A DNA stretch of 64,000 nucleotides, taken from the NCBI GenBank assembly GCA_024404505.1, contig JAKSPU010000001.1, positions 8,375-72,374 of the forward strand, in the 5' to 3' direction. Position numbers and translations under genes: made by a program. How positions within the stretch are numbered: position 1 is the first letter of the stretch; each line of letters starts with the position of its first letter. Positions 38,293-47,227 of the stretch are shown here, in pieces. Below the pieces are notes generated by a model. The model made no database searches, was not told where the DNA came from, and saw only the letters and a program-made list of their open reading frames with translations. This DNA is from Clostridia bacterium. GTDB taxonomy: Bacteria; Bacillota; Clostridia; Oscillospirales; CAG-272.

Positions 38293-39320
38293 TACTTCGC
38301 CCCCATTCTGATACGAGGATCGATGATGCTGTACGAGATATCGAGGAAGACACCGGCCAGCAGGCTGACGGACGTGAATATGGCCATATCCACGAACAGG
38401 ACGTTATAGTCCTTCGCGTTCAGTGCGTTCACGAACAGACCGCCGATGCCGGGGATGCCGTACAGGCCCTCCAGCACCATGGAGCCGCCCATGATACCGA
38501 TGAATTCCGCCAGAATGGACGGGAAAATAGGCACCATGGCGTTCCGCAGAGCGTGACGCGTGATGGACTGGTTGCGGGTAAGTCCCTTGGCTCTGGCCAG
38601 CAGCAGGTAATCGCTTTCCATGACTTCGCAAAGCTCGGCTCTGGTGAAGCGGCAGTAGCCGCAGATGGAGCCGAAGGACAGGCAGAACACCGGCAGGATG
38701 TAACCCAGCACCTTCTGGGAGGTGGGGTCCGTCGGATTCGGCCACTGTGTCGGCAGAACGGCGTTCTGGTAGCACAGCAGAAGCATCAGGAACGTGATCA
38801 GGACAAAACTCGGCACGGATATGAAAATCATGACCATCGTCGAAATGACATGGTCAGTCATTGTATTCTTCTTGAGAGCCGCCCATATACCGAGGGCAAT
38901 GCCCGCCGGCACCGAAATCAGGACGGAAATGATATTGATCTTCATCGAGGTGACCAGACGCTCTCCGATGATGACCGTAGCCTTGACGTTGGGCTCGATG
39001 GTCTTCGACACGCCCCAGTCCCAATGAAGAATGTTGCCCAGCCAATGAACGTACTGCTCCATGACGGGAACGGAATAATAGTAGGTTTCCTCACCGGCCT
39101 TGGAGGTCAGCTTCTCGACGTAGGTCTCGCCCTCCCTCGGCGTCTTGGTGGAAACAAGATAACCGGAATGCTCCTGAGAGGTGTAGAACGCCATTCTCTG
39201 GGAATACGTTCCGACAAATCGCTCAGGCTTCAGCATCTTCATGAAAATAAAGGTCAAAGAAAGGATGATGAACGCCGTGACGACGGCCAATCCTATTCTT
39301 TTCAGGATGTACTTCCACAT
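38292..39320 (-). CDS. oppB: OppB-like permease
   Basis: ATG at 39320. N-terminus MWKYILKRIGLAVVTAFIILSLTF and ABC transmembrane type-1 core. Confidence 0.85.
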   Translation of the reverse strand: MWKYILKRIGLAVVTAFIILSLTFIFMKMLKPERFVGTYSQRMAFYTSQEHSGYLVSTKTPREGETYVEKLTSKAGEETYYYSVPVMEQYVHWLGNILHWDWGVSKTIEPNVKATVIIGERLVTSMKINIISVLISVPAGIALGIWAALKKNTMTDHVISTMVMIFISVPSFVLITFLMLLLCYQNAVLPTQWPNPTDPTSQKVLGYILPVFCLSFGSICGYCRFTRAELCEVMESDYLLLARAKGLTRNQSITRHALRNAMVPIFPSILAEFIGIMGGSMVLEGLYGIPGIGGLFVNALNAKDYNVLFVDMAIFTSVSLLAGVFLDISYSIIDPRIRMGAK

Positions 39321-39438
39321 GATGTATTCTCCCCATTTTAACGCAGAAAATCGTAAGGTCACAAATCGCCTTACGATTGATCCCGATATAGGATCCGCCT
39401 GCGGGGAGACCCCGCAGACGGATCCGGAAATTCAGGTC

Positions 39439-42243
39439 TTACTTGGTGATGTCAACCGTCTTGATGTAGGCAGGAGCCACATGGATATCGGCTGCAGCCA
39501 CATCATAGCCGAAGTACACGTCAATACCGTTAGCGTAAGCGGCATCGACGAACCACTTGGCATCAGCAGCGGCGACCTTGAAGGTCACGGTGATCGTACC
39601 GTTGCCGTCATCGACCACGTTCCAGGTCGTGCCCTCGAAGGACTGGACGGAGACTTCGTTGTAGTCGGAGTAGTCATCGGCGTTCGTACCGAAGATGACA
39701 CCGTCAACCTCGTTGAGCTTGACACCGTCCATGTACTTGATGGTGATGGTACCCTCAACGGAACCGTCAGCACCAGCCTTGATGTCGGAATCAATGGTAT
39801 ACATAGCATCCAGAGCGCCATCCTTGACAGCGGCACCTGCGGTGGAAGCCTGATGCAGAGCATCGAAGGACCAACGCATACCGTTGTAGACCAGGATATC
39901 GCCCAGAGGATCGTTGGTATCAAGACCCCAGTTCAGCGTGAAGCTGCCGGAGATCTCCTGATCGGAAGAGAGGACCTCGAAGAAGCCGAGCGGGTCAAGA
40001 GAGTTACCGGAAATGGAACCGAAGCCGATATCGAACTGACCCAGCATCATGGAGTCGTAAGCGAACATATAGTCCTCGCCGACGGCGAAGGTGACGTCCA
40101 GCTTGTACTTGTTGCCGCAGACGGACTCATCGTTGAACGCTGCTTCCCAGTACTGCTTGACATACTTGTGGTAGCCTTCCTCATGAGTCGGGTACATCCA
40201 GACGATGTTCAGCTCGATGACGGTCGGGTTCTCGGGCGTGCCGGGCTGGTAAGCGCCGGAAGCCTCGAGCTCGTCGAGAGCCATACGGAAGTAGTCGCGG
40301 GCAAGCTCAAGGGAGTAACCGTTCTGGGTATCCTCGAGCAGGCTTGCAACAGCCTTCTTGTGAGCGTCGGTCATATCATAGGAAATACCGTTCTCGGGGT
40401 CGGACATATAGTTGGAGGACAGGTAGTTGACGGAGGAAATGGAGCCCTTGGCCACGGCGAACTCGTCGCGGTTAAAGGCGTAGCTCAGAGCCTGACGGAA
40501 GTGACCGTTGTTCAGAGCGGGCTCGACAGTCCAGTACTGATCCTTGGGGGTTTGGGTAACGATACCGTTCTCACCGAACATCTTCTCCCAGGTCTCTGCA
40601 TCCAGAGCGTTCATGTTGAGCTTGAAGCAGGAGTCACCGGAGGTGGTTCTGGTGCGGGGGTCAGAGCTGTACTGCTCGAGGTAAGTATCGGGAATACCGG
40701 AAGCATCGATCTTACCGGCGAGGAACTCCTTGATGCCGGCTTCCTTATCGGTGGAAGCAGCCTTCAGGATGTTGAGGTGGATACCCTCAATGGCATACTT
40801 GGTGGAAGCATACACGTAGTTGGGGTTCTTCTTGTAGACGATCTGCTGATCGCTGTCCCACTGCTCGAAGATGTAAGCACCGAGAGACAGAGAGTTATCA
40901 ACGGGCGTGGAGGACTTGTCTTCGCTGAACTGCAGGAAGTTGTCAACACCGACGAGCTCGATGAAGCTCTTGGGAACGGGCTGATACAGGCTGGAGGAGA
41001 TGTAGTACTTAGCGTAGTACTCGGTCACGGCTGCACCCAGCGTGAACTCGAAGTACCACTTGCCGCCCTCCTGATAAACCTTTACGCCGACCTTGCTGAA
41101 GTCGTACTTGCTGTCGTCGAGGATGCCCTTGGGAGCTTCCTTGGTGGCATCGTAGTACTCCTTGGCGCCGACGATGTAGGAAGCACCGGAGCCGTTTGCG
41201 AGCTCACCGCCGCGGTAGTAGTCGTTGCCCTGGTTGAGCAGCAGCTTGAAGGGAGTGATGTAGTCCTCGGGCTGGACGGCCAGATTGTTGTACTTGTCGG
41301 CATACTTACCGAGCGTAGAGTACTTGAGGTCGGTGCGCAGCTCGAAGCGCCAGGTGGTAGCCTGCTTGGTCTCTTCGTTGAGGTTCATGGGCTGAGGCTC
41401 GGTAGCGGCCAGCTCCTTGACCCAATCGTAACCGTCCTTGGTATCGTTCATGAAGACGGTGTAGTAGGAACCGCCGATGTAACCGTAAACGTCGCCGACG
41501 TCAGAACCCTGAGAGTCGAGATAGTTGGCGGTACCGGGGTCGGCTGCCTCATAGGTGTGGTAGTAACGCTTCCACTCGGCCTTGTTCTCGGAAGCGAGCT
41601 CGCCGGTCAGAGCGCCCTCTGCCAGCACGCCGAAGCCGTAGCCGGGGATGTAGGTCTCGGTGCCGAGGGTGACGCGCTCATTGTACATGACGTAGCCGCC
41701 GTTCTCGAACATCGTGATACCGGTGATACCGTTGCGGACTGCGTAAGCCTCGAGGATACCGAGGATCTCGGTCTTCTCGGCAGCGCTCTTGCTCGTGAAG
41801 GAGAAGACGCCGTTGGCAAGCGGGATGCAGTCGGCAATGGCCTTCTTGGCGTCGCTGAACGCCTTCTGGACATCGTTGGTGGTGTAAGCCGCGTCGATAG
41901 CGGTCTCACCGGCGGTCTGAGCCTCCTTGATCTTGGCGTCGACGTCAACGGACACGCTGCCGATCGACTCCACGAGAGCCTTGAGGTCTGCCTTCATGTA
42001 AGCGCGGTAGTCCTCGATGCTCTCGAGGTAGCCGCCGTACACTTCGGCACCGCAGTAATCGCACTTCTTGTCTTTGTTTTCATCGACATGAGCGCAGGGG
42101 ACATCGGCGCCGCACTTATCGCACTTGAGATCGTGGTCGGCATCGACGTGCTCGCAATCCTTCTCATCCTTGCAGGACACGAATGCCGCAGCAATCATGA
42201 CAAGAACCAGAGCGAGCGCAAGAATTCTGGTAGATTTCTTCAT
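39439..42243 (-). CDS. oppA: Family-5 (OppA-like) substrate-binding lipoprotein, 934 aa
   Basis: ATG after AGAGGAGG. Lipobox AAFVSC. Duplicated CxHVD..KCDxCGAxV motif at aa 30-68. An SBP_bac_5-like core and a ~200-aa C-terminal extension. Confidence 0.8.
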   Translation of the reverse strand: MKKSTRILALALVLVMIAAAFVSCKDEKDCEHVDADHDLKCDKCGADVPCAHVDENKDKKCDYCGAEVYGGYLESIEDYRAYMKADLKALVESIGSVSVDVDAKIKEAQTAGETAIDAAYTTNDVQKAFSDAKKAIADCIPLANGVFSFTSKSAAEKTEILGILEAYAVRNGITGITMFENGGYVMYNERVTLGTETYIPGYGFGVLAEGALTGELASENKAEWKRYYHTYEAADPGTANYLDSQGSDVGDVYGYIGGSYYTVFMNDTKDGYDWVKELAATEPQPMNLNEETKQATTWRFELRTDLKYSTLGKYADKYNNLAVQPEDYITPFKLLLNQGNDYYRGGELANGSGASYIVGAKEYYDATKEAPKGILDDSKYDFSKVGVKVYQEGGKWYFEFTLGAAVTEYYAKYYISSSLYQPVPKSFIELVGVDNFLQFSEDKSSTPVDNSLSLGAYIFEQWDSDQQIVYKKNPNYVYASTKYAIEGIHLNILKAASTDKEAGIKEFLAGKIDASGIPDTYLEQYSSDPRTRTTSGDSCFKLNMNALDAETWEKMFGENGIVTQTPKDQYWTVEPALNNGHFRQALSYAFNRDEFAVAKGSISSVNYLSSNYMSDPENGISYDMTDAHKKAVASLLEDTQNGYSLELARDYFRMALDELEASGAYQPGTPENPTVIELNIVWMYPTHEEGYHKYVKQYWEAAFNDESVCGNKYKLDVTFAVGEDYMFAYDSMMLGQFDIGFGSISGNSLDPLGFFEVLSSDQEISGSFTLNWGLDTNDPLGDILVYNGMRWSFDALHQASTAGAAVKDGALDAMYTIDSDIKAGADGSVEGTITIKYMDGVKLNEVDGVIFGTNADDYSDYNEVSVQSFEGTTWNVVDDGNGTITVTFKVAAADAKWFVDAAYANGIDVYFGYDVAAADIHVAPAYIKTVDITK

Positions 42244-42409
42244 GAAGAAAATCCTCCTCTAAAATTTCTTCCGTTCATGCGGCCGTACGTCCTCTCCCCG
42301 GTATACAGGCTGCCGGCGCGGAAACCGCGCGGGGCCGTCGTCCGTCGGATACGTCCGTATGAGCAGGGACGCATTATCATCCGCCCTTCACATGAACAAA
42401 GATAGGATT

Positions 42410-42438
42410 ATTATAATCGAAACAGTCCGATTTGTCAA
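42410..42438 (-). promoter_or_regulatory. Sigma-A promoter of the opp operon
   Basis: On the minus strand: TTGACA (42438-42433), 17-nt spacer, TATAAT (42415-42410). This leaves a ~160-nt leader. Confidence 0.65.
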
Positions 42439-42650
42439 GACTTTATTCCCGGTTTTCTTCTGGTTTTTTGGTTTTCCTGCCTCTTTCTTCGTATTTTTCG
42501 ATATTTTTCGGATTACGATCGGCTCCCGTGAGCCGATCCGTCCGTTTTTCCGTCCCGTCGGGCTTGATAGTATGAAGCGAGCCGGACCGCTTCCGACGGA
42601 TCAGCGGCCCGGCTCGCTTCAGCTTATACTATAAAATGTAAGCTCCGTTT

Positions 42651-43454
42651 TTATCCGTTCTGCCTCAGCACCTCAAAAGCCAGCACCGCCGCGGAGGCTG
42701 CCGACGACAGAGAGCCGCGGAAGCCGCCCTTTTCGCTGTACCCGATGCGGACGGTCAGATCGGCGGCATCCATCACCGCCCGGCTGATGCCGCGCTTTTC
42801 CCCGCCGATCACCAGGAGGAGCGGCCTTGAAAGGTCGGCTTCCCACAGATCGACGGAATCGCGGATGCCGGCACACACGACGCGGTATCCGCGTGCTTTG
42901 AACGCGGCAGCCGCTCCGGCGGGCTCGCAGACGTACAGCGGCATTTTCTCCGAGGTGCCGGCACTCGACCGCGCCACGAGTCCCGCGCAGCCCATCCAGT
43001 TGCGCGGCGGCAGGATCACGCCGTCCGCGCCCGCCGCGTACAGCGAGCGGATCGTATACCCGAAATTGTAGGGATCCTCTATGCCGTCCAGCAGCACGTA
43101 GAAGCCGTCCGGGCGGATCGCCCCGAGACTGTCCGCAAGCAGCGGCAGCGTCCGGTCGGAGCAGGCAGCCGCGATGCCGCCGTGCGTCGTGCCGGAGGTC
43201 AGCGCGTCGAGATCGGCCCGCGGGACCGGCACGATCGAAAAACTCTGCTCCTGTGCCTTATGCTTCAGGAAAGCAAGCTCGCGCGCCTTTTTCTCCGTCC
43301 TGTCCTTATCCACGTAGACGGTCAGTACGCGGCGGTCGTTGAACGCCCGGATATCCGGGTCCAGCACGGCGGATATCGCCGTCATGCCTTCAAAAAGGTC
43401 GGGAGCGGCGGTCCCGCCGTTATCGGTCGGCACAGAGTCTTCAATATCGGTCAT
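42651..43454 (-). CDS. rlmB: TrmH/SpoU-family RNA 2'-O-methyltransferase (RlmB-like)
   Basis: ATG at 43454 after GAGAAAGGAA. SpoU motifs LLDGIEDPYNFG, LLVIGGEKRGISR and SLSSAASAAVLAFE. Confidence 0.8.
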   Translation of the reverse strand: MTDIEDSVPTDNGGTAAPDLFEGMTAISAVLDPDIRAFNDRRVLTVYVDKDRTEKKARELAFLKHKAQEQSFSIVPVPRADLDALTSGTTHGGIAAACSDRTLPLLADSLGAIRPDGFYVLLDGIEDPYNFGYTIRSLYAAGADGVILPPRNWMGCAGLVARSSAGTSEKMPLYVCEPAGAAAAFKARGYRVVCAGIRDSVDLWEADLSRPLLLVIGGEKRGISRAVMDAADLTVRIGYSEKGGFRGSLSSAASAAVLAFEVLRQNG

Positions 43455-43591
43455 ATCGGTTCCTTTCTCCGCCGCGAGCAAAGGGCGGAATACGGTATTT
43501 TTATCGGCCCCGGCAGGATAATCTGCGTTCCCGGCGCATAGATTGCTGTGTAACGTCGAGGCCGGTGCATCCCGGCGGGAGGGTCTTACGA

Positions 43592-43879
43592 ATGATGTAC
43601 ATAGCGTCAGACAAGGAGCGCTGCGTGGCGCTCGCGGTGTACCTTGTGGAAAACAGGACGACGGTCCGCGCGACGGCCAAGCGCTTCGGCATCAGCAAAA
43701 GCACGGTCCACAAGGACGTCACGGAGGTGCTGCGGCACGTCGATCCCGTGCTGTACGGGGAGGTGTGCCGCGTGCTGGAAACCAACAAGCAGGAACGTCA
43801 CCTGCGCGGCGGCGAGGCGACCCGGCAGAAGTATCTGTCGGAGCAGGCCGGGCAGCACGGCTGCGCCCCGCACACATGA
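43592..43879 (+). CDS. spoIIID: Sporulation transcriptional regulator SpoIIID
   Basis: ATG at 43592, 8 nt after GGGAGGG. VRATAKRFGISKSTVHKDVTEVL and NKQERHLRGGEATRQKY. Confidence 0.85.
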   Translation: MMYIASDKERCVALAVYLVENRTTVRATAKRFGISKSTVHKDVTEVLRHVDPVLYGEVCRVLETNKQERHLRGGEATRQKYLSEQAGQHGCAPHT

Positions 43880-43956
43880 TACCACAAAAGGGCGGATTTG
43901 TCAATCTGTTTGCCGTTTATACGCACACGGAAGCGGCGGGAAATGCGCCGTTCCTG

Positions 43957-43985
43957 TTGCAATTTACGCGGCGATGTGTTATAAT
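43957..43985 (+). promoter_or_regulatory. Sigma-A promoter with extended -10
   Basis: TTGCAA (43957-43962), 17-nt spacer, TATAAT (43980-43985), preceded by TGT. Confidence 0.65.
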
Positions 43986-44038
43986 GGAGGCGGATCAAGT
44001 CCCCGCGCACGGGGACTCAAAGAAAAGGAGTAACGACT

Positions 44039-44875
44039 ATGGAAAAATGTATCCGTTTCCCCGGCTTCCGTTACCGCGCGCTGACGCTCAGTTACGACGA
44101 CGGCGTGATTTACGACGAGCGGCTGATTGACACCATGTCCGCCCACGGCATCAAGGGCACCTTCAACCTCAACTCCGGCAATATGCCCGCTCCGGGCGTT
44201 CCGAGCCGCCGCTTCCCGGCGGAGGACGTCAGACGCGTGTACGACAATCCCTGCGTTGAGGTCGCCACGCACGGCTACAATCACCTTGAGCCGCTGCATC
44301 AGGACATCCCCTCCTTCGCGTCCGAGATGCTGCGCGACCGTCTCGCGCTGGAGCAGCTGACCGGTAAGATCGTCCGCGGCATGGCGTACGCCTACGGCGG
44401 CTTCAACAAGGAGCTTGAGTCCGTGCTGAAAACGGTGGGCATCACCTACAGCCGCACGACGCGGGCGACCCACGGCTTCGGCATTCCGGCCGACTGGCTG
44501 GAGTGGCACCCGACCTGCCATCACAACGATGGTGAGCTGATGAATCTCTGCGACAGATTCCTTTCCTCCGACGGAAAGAACGATTGGGCGCGTATGCTGT
44601 CCGACCCCCTGATCTTCTACGTTTGGGGCCACAGCTACGAGTTCAACGACAACAACAACTGGGAGATCATCGAGCAGTTCTGCGAGAAGATGGGCGGTCA
44701 TGACGAGATCTGGTACGCGACGAACGGTGAGATCCGCGATTACATCGAGGCAGCCCGTTCGCTCGTCTGGTCGATGGACAGCACGATCGTATACAATCCG
44801 ACCTGCACCGACGTGTATATGCATCTCGACGGCAAGCCCGTGCTGATCCCCGCCGGTCAGACGCTGAAGCTCTGA
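44039..44875 (+). CDS. Polysaccharide deacetylase (CE4), distant paralogue of 11741-12436
   Basis: LTLSYDDG, GIKGTFNLNSG and FYVWGHSYEF motifs. Confidence 0.85.
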   Translation: MEKCIRFPGFRYRALTLSYDDGVIYDERLIDTMSAHGIKGTFNLNSGNMPAPGVPSRRFPAEDVRRVYDNPCVEVATHGYNHLEPLHQDIPSFASEMLRDRLALEQLTGKIVRGMAYAYGGFNKELESVLKTVGITYSRTTRATHGFGIPADWLEWHPTCHHNDGELMNLCDRFLSSDGKNDWARMLSDPLIFYVWGHSYEFNDNNNWEIIEQFCEKMGGHDEIWYATNGEIRDYIEAARSLVWSMDSTIVYNPTCTDVYMHLDGKPVLIPAGQTLKL

Positions 44876-44876
44876 T

Positions 44877-45626
44877 ATGCGGTACGACGCGGAGGATGCC
44901 CGCTACATCCGGGCAGAAAATATTGAAGAGTTCTGCAACACCAACGAGGTCCTGCTCACGTCCGCGCCGCGCGGCATCGTGCTGGAGTTCCCGGGACTCG
45001 GCGGCGGCTCCTGTCTCGGCGGCGATATGGAGCTGCACCCGTACGTCGGTCCGCACGCGCAGCGGCTGGCCGACGCGGGGCTGTTGCTCGCGTACACGTT
45101 CCCCGGTCCGTGGAGCTGGATGAACAAGGGTGCCGTCCGCATGACGGACCTTTTGGTCGACGCGATCCGTGAGAAGTACGGACTCGGCGCGGACTCGCCG
45201 CTCGGTGTATCGGGCGGCAGCATGGGCGGTCAGGGTGCTTTGATGTACGCCTGCCGCAGTCGTCACCGTGTGACGGCCTGCGCGGCAGCCTGCCCCTGCT
45301 TTGACGTACCGGCTGCCGTGTCCGTCAAGCCCGCGTTCCCGCGGACGTTCCTGCGTGCGGTCGCGGACTACGATATGCCGTTCGGGGAGGCGCTGCTGAC
45401 GTTGTCGCCGCGTCACTGTGTGGACGAGCTGCCCTCTATTCCCTACTTCATCACCTGCGACTGTGCCGACGAGCTGTTCCCGGAAGCCGGGATGGACGAG
45501 TTCGTCGCCGCCATGCGCGGCCGCGGTCTGTCCGTCGGCTACCGAAAGATGCCCGGCATGGGACACGGTGGATTCACACCCGAGGTGCGGGAGGATCTGA
45601 CGACGTTTTTGGTTGAGAATACCTGA
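44877..45626 (+). CDS. Alpha/beta-hydrolase esterase
   Basis: ATG 1 nt after the upstream stop. Nucleophile elbow GGSMGG and C-terminal GMGHGGF. Confidence 0.7.
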   Translation: MRYDAEDARYIRAENIEEFCNTNEVLLTSAPRGIVLEFPGLGGGSCLGGDMELHPYVGPHAQRLADAGLLLAYTFPGPWSWMNKGAVRMTDLLVDAIREKYGLGADSPLGVSGGSMGGQGALMYACRSRHRVTACAAACPCFDVPAAVSVKPAFPRTFLRAVADYDMPFGEALLTLSPRHCVDELPSIPYFITCDCADELFPEAGMDEFVAAMRGRGLSVGYRKMPGMGHGGFTPEVREDLTTFLVENT

Positions 45627-45699
45627 AAGTTGTATTTATGCCCGGGGACGCGCCGGGGCTCTACTCAATGACAAGAGAAACACTGAAGCTGCGCTCTAC

Positions 45700-45795
45700 A
45701 CCCCGGGGACGCGCCGGGGCTCTGCCCCGGACCCCGCTTAAGCCCTTCTTGAAAGAAGGGCTTAAGGATCCCAAGAACTTTTAAAAAAAGATTAT
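45700..45795 (+). repeat. Intergenic hairpin repeat family A, copy 2
   Basis: Perfect stem CTTAAGCCCTTC (45737-45748) / GAAGGGCTTAAG (45755-45766), followed by GATCCCAAGAACTTTTAAAAA. Preceded by a 22-bp direct repeat CCCGGGGACGCGCCGGGGCTCT at 45641 and 45702. Confidence 0.7.
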
Positions 45796-45929
45796 TGACC
45801 GAGGTTGCGTTTACGCTGAAAGAGATAGGTGGGAGCCATCCCGGGAGCCGGCGTTTCCGGAAACGCCCACGCGGGGGCCCCTTACCCCGCTCGGGATCGG
45901 GCAGATGGCATCTGCCCGATCCGTGCAAA

Positions 45930-46012
45930 CCGGGGGAACGGGGGACGCGTCTCCGTTCTCCCTGCTATAAATAGAACATTCCCCCCGCCCACCGGGCGGG
46001 GGGCAGGGGGTA
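45930..46012 (-). repeat. Intergenic repeat family B, copy 2 (inverted relative to copy 1)
   Basis: The reverse complement reads GGGGGGAATGTTCTATTTATAGCAGGGAGAACGGAGACGCGTCCCCCGTTCCCCC. It aligns with 26620-26680. Confidence 0.65.
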
Positions 46013-46066
46013 GGTCTCCGAGTGCCGGAAGCGCGAGGCGTTCCCCATTTTTATAGCGGGAATAGC

Positions 46067-46095
46067 AAAGGGGCTGCCGCGGCAGCCCCTTTGTC
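46067..46095. terminator. Hairpin terminator downstream of the YesL-like gene
   Basis: AAAGGGGCTGC, loop CGCG, GCAGCCCCTTT. Confidence 0.6.
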
Positions 46096-46100
46096 ATAGT

Positions 46101-47036
46101 TTATTTGCTCTGCACCGGGTCGATCATATACTTCTTGACCACCGGCCACGCGGCGTAGGTGTACATGAAGCCCGCGAAGGCGAGGAAGAACATGAACGGA
46201 AGAATGATCACCGCGTAGATGCGGATGCTCACGCACAGGACGATCAGCGCCGCGGACAGCAGAGCCATCAATACGATGCCGAGTGCGCCCATCAGGTTGC
46301 GCTTGACACCGAGCGCCGTGAAGATCAGCGCGTTCTTCAGGATCTTTCCGATCTTCATATCGAACGTGACCAGCATGAGATACAGGTAGAAGCGCATGAA
46401 CATCCAGATGATGAACAGCGCGATGATGAGGACGTACATGAAGTTGTTCCATCCGGTGGCGGGCGCGCTGAGGAAGTACAGGAAATCAAAGACCAGCGCG
46501 AAGACGACAGCGCAGTCGATGAGTCCCATGAAGAAGCCCTGCTTGAGATTCTTCTTGATGGCGTAGAAGAAATCGGACAGGATGAACACGCCGTCCCCCC
46601 GCACGAGGTTGCGGAGGATGTAGGTGCAGCCGCACATCTGCCAACCGTAAGTGATGACGTGGAACGCGGCCAGAATCCCGATCACCCACCACGCGTAGGT
46701 GTTGTACGCGGGAATGTGGTACAGGCCCGAGAACATGGTCAGGAGCGTCATGCCGACCGAAGTCGGCTGCGCGGTCTGGGCACCGATCAGCGGCAGCGAC
46801 AGCGGGTAGTACTGTGCCGCGGTCTTGGGTCCGGCGAGATATACGTACAGGCAGATCAGCAGCGGGATGATCTGCACCAGCATGACGAGGTTCAGGCTGA
46901 TGAGCTTCCAGAACTTGCGTCCCCAGAGCTTGAAGAAATATTTGATGTTCGGCGTGGTGTCCTCGCCCTTTTCGACGCCGGGACCGTCCCGGTTCTGGTC
47001 AAACAGCCGAAAGCCTTTTCCGTTTTTGAGCGCCAT
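46101..47036 (-). CDS. YesL/DUF624-like integral membrane protein
   Basis: ATG at 47036. N-terminal FFKLWGRKFWKLISLNLVMLVQIIPLL followed by about 6 TM helices. Confidence 0.6.
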   Translation of the reverse strand: MALKNGKGFRLFDQNRDGPGVEKGEDTTPNIKYFFKLWGRKFWKLISLNLVMLVQIIPLLICLYVYLAGPKTAAQYYPLSLPLIGAQTAQPTSVGMTLLTMFSGLYHIPAYNTYAWWVIGILAAFHVITYGWQMCGCTYILRNLVRGDGVFILSDFFYAIKKNLKQGFFMGLIDCAVVFALVFDFLYFLSAPATGWNNFMYVLIIALFIIWMFMRFYLYLMLVTFDMKIGKILKNALIFTALGVKRNLMGALGIVLMALLSAALIVLCVSIRIYAVIILPFMFFLAFAGFMYTYAAWPVVKKYMIDPVQSK

Positions 47037-47227
47037 ATCCTATCCTTTCGCCCGTCTGCCGGACGACGGACGACAGACCGTCCGTCCCTGCGGGCCATGT
47101 ATCCGTACACTGATGTCGACGGCATCCGCGCGGCGCGCAGATACCTCTTCATGGTAATCATAACATGAAAATATGATTTCTGTATGAACAAAAGCCGGTT
47201 TTCTCCGGATTTATCGCAAAAATAACT

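Noticed and set aside
42244-42409. A possible T-box or other riboswitch in the 160-nt opp leader.
   Set aside because: There is no T-box sequence (…GGTGGTACCGCG…), no specifier-loop architecture and no terminator. Only generic GC hairpins are present.
42359-42634. A 91-aa Phe-rich ORF (…FPVFFWFFGFPASFFVFFDIF…) in the opp/rlmB intergenic region, plus plus-strand hairpins at 42517-42538 and about 42574-42622.
   Set aside because: The Phe richness derives from a T-rich promoter-proximal spacer. There is no RBS and the ORF overlaps the minus-strand opp promoter. The hairpins are real, but I cannot tie them to a plus-strand transcript.
45665-46097. Small ORFs encoding …FFQEGLKRGPGQSPG… and similar peptides. 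A counterpart lies at 59655-59921.
   Set aside because: The shared peptide arises from translating repeat family A. There is no RBS and the repeats are better explained as nucleic-acid hairpins with compensatory changes.
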